DNA of 64,000 nt from Camelus ferus (taxonomy: Eukaryota). The notes under the pieces are model-generated. The model had not been told where the DNA came from. It was given only the letters and a program-made list of their open reading frames with translations, and made no database searches. Position 1 is the first letter of the stretch. Each line of letters begins with the position of its first letter. Positions 12,081 through 25,124 of this stretch are shown here, in pieces. The stretch spans positions 61,258,001 through 61,322,000 of the forward strand of contig NC_045707.1 in NCBI RefSeq assembly GCF_009834535.1, read 5' to 3'. The position numbers and the translations under genes are program-made.

Positions 12081-12635
12081 CCCCAGGAGAAGAGATGAAA
12101 CTTGTGGACATATGTGCAAGAAGCAATTTTAAATATATTACACTAACAAACTCGTGATCAGTAGCTCCTTCATTAGGGAGGAGAAGGCACATCTCTGTCA
12201 AGCTTCCTTTTCAAAAAGCAGAGGTCAAAATTATTTTAATAAGAGTCTGATGGAAAAGGGGCCTGTGTAAAGACAGTGTGCAGCAAACAGGGCTGAAAAG
12301 GGAAGAAAAATGAGTTGGACTTAGAAACAAGCTTTAAGAGAAGTGGCTTAGGCGGGGCAAGGATGGGGCGGGCAGAGTCACAGAACAAGAGTGATGGGAT
12401 TCAGCCAGACCAGCCCCCGGCTTGCCATTTGCAGCCTAATGGGATTCAAGGGAGTGTGCAATGCTGTGGGCTCCTGCCTTTTAAATATCTCTGCATTTGC
12501 TTGATTATGTCTTACATTTTTCAACAGGGAATAAATCATCCATAACAGGAGATAAGCAATGCAAAATCAAAGTGTGGAATTGAAGCCCCTGAGCTGTGTC
12601 CTGTTAGTTAAACTGTTTGGGCACCTGTTTTTAGG

Positions 12636-13258
12636 ACACTATTATCTCTCACCTGGATTACAGTAACAACCTCCTAACAGTCCCCTCACTGGCCTGAATG
12701 ATTTTTTTTCTGAAACTCATATCTATTCACGTCTTCCCTAATTAAACCCTTTCATGGTCCTCCGGTTGCCCTTAAGATGGAGTCCAAGCCTTTGACAGGA
12801 TTGATGGTGCTCAGAGCTGAGGCCCTAGCCTCCCAATCCAGCCCCACCTGTGGCCACTATTTCCCCTGCTCCTTCTTCCACCATCTTTCAGTTCTTTCAA
12901 CAGGAAACCCTTGTTCCACCCCTTTTCTTTTTCAAACAAGCTTTCCCCCCATTCCACACCCTGCCCGATTTCAGGTTTCAGCTTAGAGTAATTTCCTCCA
13001 GGAGATTTTTGCTGACCTTCCCAACAGAGGTTAGAGACAGCCTCTGCATGCAGGGTTCTCATCACAGCCCTTATCACACTGTATTATAGAAGCTATTTTA
13101 TTGTTTACATCTTCCATTAGGTTGGGAGTTTCTTGGAATGTTTTATTCCCCACTGCATCTCCCATACCTCGCATGGTGCTGACATGGAATAGATGCTCAG
13201 TGGATAGCTGTGAATGGATGATCAGATGGACAGATGAATGAATGTAAGAATGAATGAA
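12636..13258 (+). mobile_element. L2 3' end
   Basis: atctctcacctggattacag..; tgaa-repeat tail. Confidence 0.8.
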
Positions 13259-14399
13259 GCCTTTACTCTTCTGATAAGAGAAAGGGAGGAAGGAAATGAG
13301 GTGGCTGACGATAAAGGGAGAGATCTTCTCCTTGCTTTGGTCACCACACTTTTCTGAAAATAGTCAAGGACAAAAAAATTGAGGAAGTTGTTTGTTTGTT
13401 TGGTTGGTTTTAAATCTTTCCACCTGTGAAAGCTTGCTGCTGTGTGCCCATTGCCTCTGTTTTGTTTTGTTTTTTTCTATCATGGCCTTCTTTACAAGGA
13501 ATTTGTTATAAAAGAACATGATTCCAAGGTATCACTGTATAGAATTTAGTGTAACAAATATTTGTACTTGGTAATATTTAGTGGGCACAGTCATTTAATC
13601 TCTAGTGTGGATACCACATGAGTATTATAAGTTTAGGTGTTTCTGAACCAGTAGGAAGACTTTAGTGCTGGAAAGCTGGAGGCTTGGGGTTTGGTCTTGT
13701 TTGAATCATTACCTCTGCAGTTTAGCCCTTATACTCAATCAGTCTAAGAAACTTGAAATGAACATGCTATACATAATTCCATTAAATTTTTAAAAGATTC
13801 CCATTTCTCTTTAATCCATTCTTTCACTTCATGGGTTGCTGTAGTTCAGTGGCTGTTGTAGGCAGCATTGTCCTTCTTTTTACCGTCTATCTCACTTATT
13901 TTCTGAATGTTCCAGATGTGCATCCTCTACTTTGATATATCAACACTTTTCCTTGAATGGAATGTTTAAAGTCTACCCGGGAACCAATACTTGCTAAAAG
14001 CTCTGTGTGTTTCCCTCCACAGCTATCCAAGATGGCCTCAGTAATTATATTCTGTAGAGCCCAGCAGGTGTTATGTCACCCGAAATATTTTTTTTGTTTT
14101 TGGCTTTTAAATTGATGTTCAGAACACCTCTTCCCCAGTGTTCAGCCTGAAGGAAAGAGAGTTCCCTGTTCCCCTGCTAGTGCTAAATCAAAAAGGCCAA
14201 TTCCAATTAAACAGTCTAGGAGATTCTAATTGAAGGGTGAATATTGGCATCTTTCACAACTAGACCACCTGCCTTTAGGCAGTTTGTGGCTTTCTTTTCT
14301 TGCACAATACAAGGGACAGATGCCTGACAAGACAGAAAAGAATTTAGAAAAGAGAGATGAAACCTGATTTCTTTTCAGAGGGAAAATCTCTTCATTCGA

Positions 14400-14750
14400 G
14401 TCCCTGCTTAGTTTGTTACTGCTGCATTTGAACTTCCAAGGAGAGACACGGGTAGCAGCTTCTCCACAATGGCACTTGCCATTATTAGTTTCTTAAATGG
14501 GCTCTTTGTGTGTGTGTGCAATTTTCATTCAGACCATTAATCACTATTTGAAATATTTGTTCTTGGTTTGCTGCAAATTGATAAGCATAACTACAGGGAA
14601 ATCTATGTGGAAATTGTATTTTCCAACAGTTTGGCGTTTCTCTTTAATTAGTCCTTGGGGTATCTCAGGTTTCACTAATTAGTGTTTAACTAGATGGGAA
14701 AAATTCTAGCAGCGGCAGGAACCATCCTCTGCCCCATAAATCAGAGAAAG
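14400..14750. promoter_or_regulatory. Candidate enhancer / conserved non-coding element
   Basis: Repeat-free; homeodomain TAAT sites including palindrome cactaattagtg (14673-14684); GATA tgataag. Confidence 0.35.
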
Positions 14751-15204
14751 CCTTCACTCAGGCACTCAGGTAAATCTTTTTTTTTTTTTTTAATATGCAA
14801 TAAGACTTTTACTTCAGAGGCAGATAAAAGCCCTAAAGTATGATTCAAACATAGGAACAAAAGTTGCTGTAAGAGGATATTAGTTGCTCTCTGTGGATGT
14901 GTTCTTGCTTGCTCCTTTGTTGCTGCTATTATAGGAAAGAACAAGGGAAGAAATGATGCTCTGAGCTGATGAAAACAGATGCCAGAAGCAATTATGACCA
15001 AGTTGTGGTTAGAGAAACAGATGGGGAAACAATTTGGCAAAGTTTCTAGAAAGGTTTGTGCAAGCTACACACAACCAGGAACAGTGTAACATGCTCCAGG
15101 AGGAATCACTGATAAAAGTGACCCTCCTCAGACAAAGTATTTACAAAGAGCTGCAGGGCTGAAAGGCTCTGAACCTTTAAGATGAACAATTTCCTACAAA
15201 GAGG

Positions 15205-15435
15205 TGGTATGGCCTCAGGGTTAAGAAGCTGGACTCCAGAGTCAGAGAGACCTGGCTGATATCAGACCTTGGGCAGGTTACTTGCCTCTTTTGTGTCCCA
15301 ATTTTCTTGTTTGTAAAATGTTGTAATAATGAGCTTTTGCTGTTATTTTGATAATGGAATGAGATAACGCATGTCAGGCATATAGTAAGTATTGAATAGT
15401 GTGCGTCAATAAATCATGTTTATTATTGCTGTTGT
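15205..15435 (+). mobile_element. MIR
   Basis: gaccttgggcaggttactt...tgtaaaatg. Confidence 0.75.
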
Positions 15436-15572
15436 GAGTAATAGGTTGTACTTTGGCATGGATGCCATCGTTTCAGAGTATTTGGTCACAGACTGAGCAT
15501 ACCCAAATACTATGTAGTCCATTATAGCCTAGAACTGGCTCATAAATTGCATTTTGCAAAGAATTTAAAGAC

Positions 15573-16155
15573 TGTAGGTTATGCTTTCCAAATGGCTGCG
15601 ACAATATTTCCCATCCCATTTGATCTTTGATCATGTCACCTTGCTACTCCTCCCAAGAGGTGGAGTCTGTTTTCTCCCCTTGACTCTGAGTGGGCTTGTG
15701 GGTGTTTTAACCAGTATAGGATGGAGGGAGGGATGCCATACAACTTCAGAAACTAGATCAGAAACAGCAATATAGCTTTCACGTGATTGGCTGGAATGCT
15801 CCTGCTGGGAGCCCTGACTCCCCTGAGGCTCCCATGCTGTGAAGAAGCCAAGCCACATGGAGAAGCCACAGACAGGTGCTCTGGTTAGTAGGCTTAATCT
15901 TTGAGTCATTCCCAGCCAAACACCAGACGTGTGATTCAGTAAGTCTTCAAATGATTCCAGCCCCCAGTCATTGAGTTACTCCTAGCCTCAGAGTCTTCCT
16001 AGCTGAGACCTCAGACATCATGGAATAGAAGAGAAACCAGCCCAGCTGTACTCTTTCCAAATTCCTGACCAATAGAATATTTGAGCATAATAAAATGATT
16101 GTTTTAAGCCACTAAATTTTAGGGTAATTTGTTACACAGCAAAGATAACTGGGAT
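15573..16155 (+). mobile_element. MLT1H/G-like LTR
   Basis: gaggtggagtctgttttctccccttga; gaagcccaagccacatggag-like motif; ttttaagccactaaatttt end. Confidence 0.75.
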
Positions 16156-17035
16156 AGCAATTCATCATAGTTTGGCCAGTTTCCCCATCTATGAATTTTC
16201 CAACTTTTCTCAATCAATAAATCATTATTTACCATGTCCCTCCTTATACAAGACACTGTGCTGGAACAGGGAATAAGCCAACAGAGTCAAATAGAAAATA
16301 AACACAAGGCTAAAGGGTGTTACAGAAAACATATAATAAGAGCTGCATAGCAGAGAGTAATTAAGACATGGCCATAGTACAGATTCAAAATAAAATTTCA
16401 CCTTAGGCTGAGGCAGTCTTGGAAGGCTTCATGGTAATGAAAAGGCTTGCTTGGGGCCTTAAATTATAGGTAGGAACTGAATAGAAAAGGGAGAAGAGAA
16501 AATTCCTGGCAAAAATGTGAAAAGAAGATTTTGGAAAAAATGAGATGTGTGCACTGTATCTTAAAATTAATCTGTTAGAGCAGCATTTATCTTATTTGCA
16601 CAGTAATATTTATAAGGAGGAGTGCTTTTAGATATGTTCCTAATTCAAGAGAATTTACTTAGCACTTTATATAAATTGAATGAACTAGAAATATATTAGT
16701 GATGACTTAGGCTAATTTTCACAAGGTTGATAAGCAAACTCTGCCTTCTATAAAAACATAATTTACAACTTACTAGAACACACTGAAATTTCTACAAACT
16801 CCAACAAATATGTCTTATAACCAATATACAGTCTCAAAGTTACACATTGATTGTCCTTGGAACTGCTAAATCAAATCACGTAATCTAATAGAACAGTTCT
16901 GTGCTCTTTTTAGGAAACGTATTTAAATAGAACCTCAAAAGTTGATAAGATACAGAATAGACATGGATATAACTTAAATTTTATGGCAATTAATATGTAA
17001 ATATTCACTAAACATCCTCACTTTTTTTTAAACAG

Positions 17036-17089
17036 AAAGGAATGACTAACCCAGGCCTTGGCTTTCCCGAAGTCCCTGTGACAATTTCA
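17036..17089 (+). pseudogene. 54-nt symmetric open exon (KGMTNPGLGFPEVPVTIS)
   Basis: ctttttttta aacag| acceptor; TCA|gtaagt donor; followed by a 71-nt intron ending ttttccag at 17160. Confidence 0.5.
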
Positions 17090-17639
17090 GTAAGTTCCAT
17101 TGAGATGTATGGTCTCTATGTTAACTATAATTTTAAATTTTGGAATTTTGAATTTTCCAGAATCTGCTTGAACATAATTAGTGGCTGGGGTGCATCACTT
17201 TTTAAATAGCAAATTCTCTTTCTGAACAGCTCAACTTACTTCCTGCTCTTGCTGACATAGGGGTCACGTGATCTCCCTTTGAACTCTTCCTTATGATCTT
17301 AGTTTTGCCCCATGGAATAGTGCAGAATAACGCAAGTCCTCCTACGTGACAGGTATTCAGTTGCTGGAAGGCAGGGCTCATACAAGCTCTGTACTTTCTC
17401 TTTTCTTGGCTAATAACCCCACGTTCTCTCATATGATCATCTTTCCAGACCCTTATTCATCTGACTGTTGTCTTCTGAATCATCTTCAGAATGTCTTTCA
17501 TAAAATGTTGCTCAGAACAATTACAATATTCTAGCTGTTGGAAGAAATGCCTTGATTTTTTCAGATAGTAAGTTTTTAGTTTGATCTGAGTCTAACCACT
17601 GGGAAATGAGGGTTTTTTTTTTTTTTTTTTTTTTAATGC

Positions 17640-17901
17640 TGAAGAAAGTGTTTTATGACCATTAATTTGGTGGTGTGAAAATGTTCATTGGCTTGGATTC
17701 TGTGAGAACATGCCCAAATTTATAGGAATTTTTTAAATCCAAAGGAATCTTTGAAACTTCAGATTCTCTCTGGGGGCATCACTGCATCCTTCCAGGGGAG
17801 CTTTTTTATTCAGAGGCCACAGAAAGATGATTAAAGCTTAGCTCCCTTCTACAGAATCCATATTTGGTCTTCAGGATACGTACACTTTTGTCCCACCCAT
17901 G
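17640..17901 (+). pseudogene. Fossil EF-hand exon
   Basis: VKMFIGLDSVRTCPNL*EFFK...SDSLWGHHCILPGELFYSE in one frame; donor ATG|gtgaga. Confidence 0.5.
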
Positions 17902-18439
17902 GTGAGAAAATAATTAACTTCCATTTTAGTGTTTCTTTTCTCACTCTGCTCTCAGGGGAATCAAGATTTCATGTTTAAGTTTTTTCAGCTACAATAGCCC
18001 ATGTCACCAAACTTTCAAGGAGACACCGGTGTAACTCTCCAGGTGTGTCTTTGAAGCCTCCTCATTTAGTTTGGTTGGTGGGGAGTAGAGGCACTTCCTT
18101 TCTTCACACAATGTGTGTGTGTTGTGGGGAGGGATGCATAACCCACTGACAGGTCTCGCTGGGGAATCTCCACCACCTACATTCTTAAAGTAGAGAATGA
18201 TGAGCTGGACACCCCCATCGTGAGTGCTGGGGGCTCACACATCAAGTCTGACAGGGTCTTAGCCTTGAATTAATGATCTCCACTCAACTGGTTTTGGTCT
18301 AATTATATTCAACATTGGGGCCCCTGCTAAAATTCTGTAACAATAGGAAAATTGATTCAGCATTCTGTTCTAGCTGTGCTCATGGAGGTTGTAAGATTGA
18401 GACCTAGGCAGACAAAGTAGAAAGCAGTCAGTTTTCAGG

Positions 18440-18915
18440 GATTCAGAAGTCATCCCTTAGTGCTCAGGACACAGCTGCTGACTAGTCCTTCCGCGTATTT
18501 AGACAAGGAACAAGAGCAGAAGGGTATGTTTCCAGAGGGTCAGACACATTGCATTGTGATAAATAGACAGCTACAGGGTTTCCTGATGAACTGAAGACCT
18601 TTCCTTCTTTACAATTTTTTCCCCCTGTGGCAACCTGTCTTTTAAAGAAGCTGCCCCTGAACTTTGCCTTTTCATTGTCAGATTGGTCTGGACATTCACC
18701 TCTGTCTCACTGATCCCGCTGGGTAGTGAAAGAAATGTTGATCTAGTAACAAAGAGAAATGACCTGTTCTGTTCTTTGGCCATAATATAGCTTCTGAATG
18801 TAGTTGTTCTGTTAGAGATTACTCTCTCCGTGTCTGTGAAAGTGGTCCCATGTCCACTCTCCTGGATTAACCATTTTCTCATTTCTCAGACATACAGCTT
18901 AGGAATTAGATGACC
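18440..18915 (+). pseudogene. Fossil EF-hand exon
   Basis: SFRVF/fs/DKEQ../fs/GYVSR; GFPDELKTF; LKKLPLNFAFSLSD; TLLD*PFSHFSDIQL; followed by very AT-rich DNA. Confidence 0.5.
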
Positions 18916-19444
18916 CTCCAAATTAATGATCATTCTGTTCACACATAAGAAGAACATAAAAACAGTGACATAATATATCATATAATACATAATGTAACAT
19001 TTATAATATATAAATAAGATTTAAAAGTACAAAGTGATAGTATTAGTAATGATAGTCATATTAAGCCAGAGATATTTTAATATAAACAGAATGAGTAAGC
19101 AATGATAATAAATCTCCAATGATTTAGATTAAATGAATATAGTAACTAAACTAATAAAATTAATGCTGGCTTCTACTTACAGTATAGTTATGTTACTTTT
19201 ATGTAAATTATTCTATGATATTTAGAATAACTTGCTCATTTAAATAGGTAAACATTTGCCTTGCAACGTCTCACTTTTTTGTTTAAAATGCTGGCATTTT
19301 TTCATAAGAAAAAAGATACATTCCTACCTAATTTTTCAATTGTTTTGTTAAATCCATGAAGATTTTCTGTACTTGATACTCATCATTACAAAATGCATTT
19401 AAAATCATCTTGTTAACTCTTAAGAAAATAAGATTGGATTTCTA

Positions 19445-20175
19445 TACATCCTTTGTTGGATGTGTGGTGGTTCAGCTAAGCTCCATGACTGTGCACGGTT
19501 ATGAATAACTGTGGAGACTACTGCCGGGGCTCAGTGATGCACTCCCACAACCTTCCACTCCCTGTGGCTGAACTTCAGCGGGGTTCGCTTATGCCTCATG
19601 AGATCCTGTGCCAGAGCCCTGGGATTTCATCACTGAAAAGACTTTCGAATCTTGAACTAAACTCACGTGAAACCAGACGCAGTCTGCTGGAACAATAACT
19701 GGTTGTTGTGTGTCCTCTCTGTAGGGATTCCTGCTGACTTTGTATGTTGTTGCCTTCAGGGGCTCCCTGACTAAACATATCATCTGTAATATCAAGGTTT
19801 GGGGGCCATGGGCATCCAGAAGCAATAACTGGTACCAGATTCTCGACTAACAGTACATAATGGATTATTACACAATCTGAAATCCAACCTAGGATACAGA
19901 AGATAAATCGGAGCTTTTAAAAGGAAAATTCGCTATGCTGGTTTTCTAGAGAAAAGATGTAAGACTTAGTGGCTGTCAGAGACGAATCCAGCTGTTTGCG
20001 GAGTACTCTGATCTCCATTGTGTTTCTTTGGCATTTGTCTCACATGTTTCTTCAGATGTGCAAACCAAGCAGTAAAAGCCTAATATCGATCTCAGTCTCT
20101 TATACCCTTAGGAGTGGACTCTTTCATTCTTTTATTGTTTTTGCAAGCCTGCAATTATGAGGCTTTGGCATTTGG
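19445..20175 (+). pseudogene. Fossil EF-hand exon(s)
   Basis: KLHDCARL*ITV / DYCRGSVMHSHNLPLPVAELQR; YQILD*QYIM / IITQSEIQPRIQKINRSF / KIRYAGFLEK; patch richer in GC and CpG than its AT-rich flanks. Confidence 0.6.
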
Positions 20176-20837
20176 GTAAAAGTAAATGCTACGGCAGAAA
20201 TTATATGGCAATGATTTTCCAACATCAAAATATTTAGTATTCTGGCTATATTTTCCATACTTGAAGAAGATAATGTGAGAATATTACATTACTTAAAAAA
20301 TCTTCATATAATGATGTAAAATTCTTTTGTTCTTCTAGGCTATTACTTGAGTTCTCATACATTTAGCAGAGCCTCATACTAAAAGTGGGACTTTTTGATG
20401 CCTATCTTTTATTGCTAAGAGAGGCAGAATTGCATAGTAATTAAGAAAGTAAACTCCAGAGTTCTCCACTTGGGTCTGGATCTTGGCTTCACCACTAGAA
20501 ATGATGTGATCTCATCAATAAAATGAGGAGAATGATAGTATTCACGTCCCAGAGTTCATTAATTCTATAAATACTCATTGAATGTCATTGAATGTTTGCT
20601 AACCACCCAGAATAGAAATTACCAACACCAAAGGGTGATTGCCTTTCTAAATTTACAGTCTTGTATAGAAATGTTGTCTCCTGATTACCAGTCCACTTAG
20701 TTTTATTGTAAATTTAGTAGTGAGTTTAGATTTGCTTAATTGTTTAGACCACAGATTACAGCGCTTAGAATGAATGGATATGAATACACTAATTGATTAT
20801 GCAATCGGTTGGGTGGAATCATGTATAAAAACTTAAA

Positions 20838-21042
20838 ACAAACTTCCACATATAAGATAAATAAGTCACAGGGATGTAATGTACACATAAAGAATATAGT
20901 CAATAGTATTGTAACCTTATATGGTGACAGGTGGTACCTGGACTTATTGTGGTGATTATTTCATAATGTATAAAAATATTGAATCACTGTGTTGTACATC
21001 TGAAACTAATACAATACTGTATGTTAAGTATAACTTTAAAAA
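20838..21042 (+). mobile_element. L1 3' end (L1MA9-like)
   Basis: gatgtaatgtac..gaatatagtcaata..tgtacatctgaaactaat. Confidence 0.75.
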
Positions 21043-22460
21043 CATAACTTATGTCTACTTCTAGAAGTCTAGTAGGATGTCAACTAAAGAATAAATACGG
21101 GTGTATAAACAAACAAACAAAAAAAACCCCAAACCTAAAAGACCCCAATATACTCTTGAGTCTCATTACATGTTTTAGTTTGAGTGCCCCCAATTTGCCA
21201 ACTGTCTTTTTGGTGTTTGCATAGTAAACTTTCACTAATCACTAAAAAAAAACCCCAAAAAACCCAAGGGAAAAAGGATCAAAGTGAGAGATAAGAGATA
21301 GAAAGAAAGTGAATATTGTGGGTAGAAGACTAAATAAAATATAAGGAGGGCCCTGTACAGATATTAGAACTTGGTGAATTTTGAATTTAATATACAGAAA
21401 AATGACAGGGAAAGCATTCAAGAGATTTGAGGTCTATACTGCAGAGCAAAAATGAAAACATTCTTTTGACCTTGACAGGCTGATATTAAAGGAGAATTGC
21501 AGCAGTCAAGATTATAGAGTGTCTAAAAGTATATCTTTTTATTTTAAGCAATACATTTCAAAACAAAAGAATAGAAATATAAATGCAAAGAAGGAAAAGA
21601 TTATAAAAAGTTTTTGTGAAATCAGCTGCTTGATAAGTTGGCAAAATTAAAGAATATTAATGATTCTTTATAAACTTATGTAACTCTTTGAGTTATATTA
21701 CATTTCACATTCAAAAAATTCTCTCCTTTCTGCATATGGTCTCCATCACATAAGTTAAATGATTTAAAGCTGGTCCCTGAACCATTCAGATATTGTATCA
21801 TATTATTAAGTATATGCAAAATTTAAAATATAGGGGTATAAATCATAAGTTTAAAAATGAAGTTATAGTCCTCAAATGAATTTATTATTAAAAATAATTC
21901 CCATATGTTGTATAGTAATTTTAAAAGAATCAAGGAACTTACTATCGAGACATACTCCAATGTGAATTTTATTGGAAATTTAAAATAATTTCAAGTGAAT
22001 AAATTTGTGTTTTATATACCCCATACTTAGAGGCATAAACCACTAAGTTCTTTTGAACAGTAGTTGGAGAATTATGAATGTACTAAATTGCAAATACTAT
22101 GTTCGAAGAACCTTTCTTTTCTAGAAGCACTCTGCCTCTCTTGCTTCTATGGAATTGTTTTGATGGGGAAAGAGCCCTGCAATTTCAAGCCCTCAGGGGA
22201 CTGCAGACCTCCCTCTTCCTCCCTCCCTACCCTCCCCTCCTCTTCCCCCTCCTCCTCCCTTGCACAAACAGACAGCCTTGGCTAATTACACTGCCTCTCA
22301 GGAAGGAAAAAAAGGCTGCAGCCTCCCAGATATCAATTACAAAACCTAGTTAGGACTGTGGCCTCTGCTGAACCCCATTAATTCTCCAGACTGCTTAAAC
22401 ATCATCCATCAAAAAAAAAAAAAAATCAAATTGTGACACTGAACAATAAACTGTTTTTAG

Positions 22461-22885
22461 CTGCGAAAGTGTGGGGATGGTAATGTGGTCATTGGACAGT
22501 TGCTGCCATAGGATTACCTGTACTACAATGCAAAATTGAGAGAGACAAGGTGAGAATCACTATTTGTTGATCTTTTGAAAGCCTGGAGAATACTTGGTTA
22601 TGTGATGTTTGGAGCATTTAAGTAGATATTGGCGCATAATTAACAAAGAATTGCAAAAAACTTTTACTAGTAGGGAGCAAGATGGTACATGTGTGCTCTC
22701 TTCTAAAATAATATACGAAAGACTATAAAGCGAGCCATATCCCTCTGGATGAGAGGAAAGCTTTTGAAAAGCTTGGGAACCTGTACAAAGAATTTTGCAG
22801 CTAATAGAGATTATGTAGAGAGAGCCTCCAGTGGAGATTAATTTCAGGATGTTCTGGGATGGATTTTTGAAGTGATTGCATGCTG
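22461..22885 (+). pseudogene. Fossil EF-hand exon
   Basis: LSRYWRIINKELQKTFTSREQDGTCVLSSKIIYERL / SHIPLDERKAFEKLGNLY; acceptor ctgtttttag; donor CTG|gtaagt. Confidence 0.6.
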
Positions 22886-23389
22886 GTAAGTGAAAATTGT
22901 CTGTTTAAGCACCATTTCAGCTACCTTCAGTTAAATTACAAGCAAAAGCTGTGTACAAATTAGACGTAAATACATATTTTGCAACCATGTGGCTTGTCTC
23001 CAAACCCTGATGAATAAATGAAAATACTTAAAGTCAATGACATTGGGAGAAAATATAGTCAGAAGAGTTTTTTTTCTAAACTGGAAACAAATGAAGACAT
23101 TGACCAAAAAACTTCACACATAGTAAAAATGCATACAACACTTTATAGATGGTGTTAATTTCTCATTTTCAGTGGTCTTCAAATTGCATCATAAAATGCA
23201 GTGAGTCATTCATTTCAGAGAAACTCAATGGATAAGTAATCTTAAATGAACTGGGACATGATAAAATCAGGAAGTTTTTACCTTTGGCCCAATATTTAAA
23301 AGTATTAGCTATGGAATGAGGAAGGTTTCATAAAGGATGTTGGGACTGTATTGTTCTTGGCAATGAAGTTTGAACAAATGTTCTAAAAA

Positions 23390-23860
23390 TATGCCACTTT
23401 TTAGCCCTTCACCCGGTGTTCAAGGGACTTCACAACATGGTCCCAGCCTACTTCTCCAAGGCTGTTTACATACATGTTTCCTATAGTCTGAAAGTATCTA
23501 TTCTGTGGCCAAGAGGAATTGTTTATTATCTGCTGTAATACCCTATAATCCTCATCTTGATGTGTTTGCTTATACACATTCCCTTGCCTTCCTCTGCACA
23601 TCCAACCTGCTTTTTGAGATCTAGCTCAAATGCCCCTCCACCAGGAGTTCTTGATGGATTTCTCCAGCTACTCCTGGGTGAATTAGCACTTCCCACCTGG
23701 TCTTAATAGTTATTCTTGAGCACACCTTACCTACCTGCACTAGACTTCTTAAGGGCAGAGTCTCTCTCTGATTCATCTTTCCAGGCTTTGTAGGAACTAT
23801 AACAGTAATTGTATAAAGAAGATGCCTCGTAAACATGTATTCAATGAACACTTGAATTAA
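23390..23860 (+). mobile_element. L2 fragment
   Basis: ctcaaatgcccctccaccagg; ctagacttcttaagggcagag. Confidence 0.65.
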
Positions 23861-23923
23861 AAATTGAAAGATTGGTTACAAAAGAGATCTGGGGAAAATG
23901 CAAATGTTTTATTTGTCCCTTAC

Positions 23924-24450
23924 TGAACTAGTTATTTGTTGCTGTACAACAAATTGCCACAAAATATAGCAACTTAAAGCAACACACATTTATTTGTTTC
24001 CCGTTTCTGTGGGTCAGGAGTTCTGGCATGACTTCGTTGGGCGCTCTGAGTGAGGGTATCTCATAAGACTGAAATTAAAGCATCAGTGAGGACTGAGACA
24101 TCATCTGAAGGCTTGACTGGGGAGTGCTGTTGGACTGGGACCTTCAGGTCCTTGCTGTCTGTTGGCAAGAGACTCCCACAGTTTCTTGCCACATGAGCTC
24201 CTCCAGAATGAAAGCCTGTCTCACTGAAGCACATATGCTGAGAAGGCAATAGAGAGGATCTGCTAGCAAAACAGTAGTCACAATCCTATTTAACCTAATT
24301 AGGGAAGTGACATCCCACTCACCTTCGCCGTCCTCTGTTGGCTAGAAGCGAGTCACTGGTCCTGTTCACATTCAAGTGGAGAGGATTACACAGCGGTATA
24401 AATACCAGGGGGTAGGGGTCTCAGGGGTCATCTTAGAAGCTGCCTACCAC
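23924..24450 (-). mobile_element. MLT1E/F-like LTR
   Basis: tttctgtgggtcaggag...ggggtcatcttagaagctgcctaccaca. Confidence 0.75.
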
Positions 24451-25124
24451 ATTTACTGAAAGGCTTTTTTTTTTTTAAATATTGTGTACTTTAAGAGTTC
24501 TTTGCCCTTCCTTATACTTTATATAAGTTTACCTTATATCAAACTTCTAAGTTTACAGAGCTTGTCAATTCTTTGAGGTCCAGATCAAATACTACCTTCT
24601 TCCTAAGGTCTTCTTTGATTCCTCCTTTGTTATAAACCCATAATACTTTGTATCCCTTTTCATGGCTCACTTTTTATCCTGCATTCACCGGGATAAATGT
24701 GGCCCGTCCACTTTTGCCCGCCATGACAGTTTTCCTACAGACAAAGGGAAAAGCATAAAATACCAAGATCAGAAGACTGATTTTCTAAAGGCTATGTCTC
24801 TTGCAGGCGAATAGTACTATAGCTTAAGTGAAAAGATAATAGAAACGGGAGATAAATCTCAGAAAATATAATAGATAATGGGAGATAAATCTCAGAGGGT
24901 TTATTAGAGCTGAGCGAATATGGTCATGTATCTTACAAAATCTAGGATTAAAAGTAATAACCTGGAAGAGACATTTAACACAGTGCCTGGCATTCAGGGG
25001 GAGTTCAGTCAGTGGTTGGCGCCTTCCTCTTTACTTTTTTATTTATCTTTTTTCCCCTTCCCAGTATTCCCCCTCCCAACACATACACTGTTTGAAAATG
25101 CTGCATCAATTATAATACCAGAAT

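Noticed and set aside
17902..17955. Very short introns (54 nt here; 32 nt at 22550-22581 and 47267-47298)
   Set aside because: They are below the usual mammalian minimum, so at least one site in each pair is fortuitous.
9343..19890. A minus-strand gene built from ORFs 9343-9627, 18571-18882 and 19596-19778 with apparent acceptors
   Set aside because: The peptides resemble nothing I recognise, while the + strand of the same islands gives a consistent EF-hand pattern. They are most likely antisense shadows.
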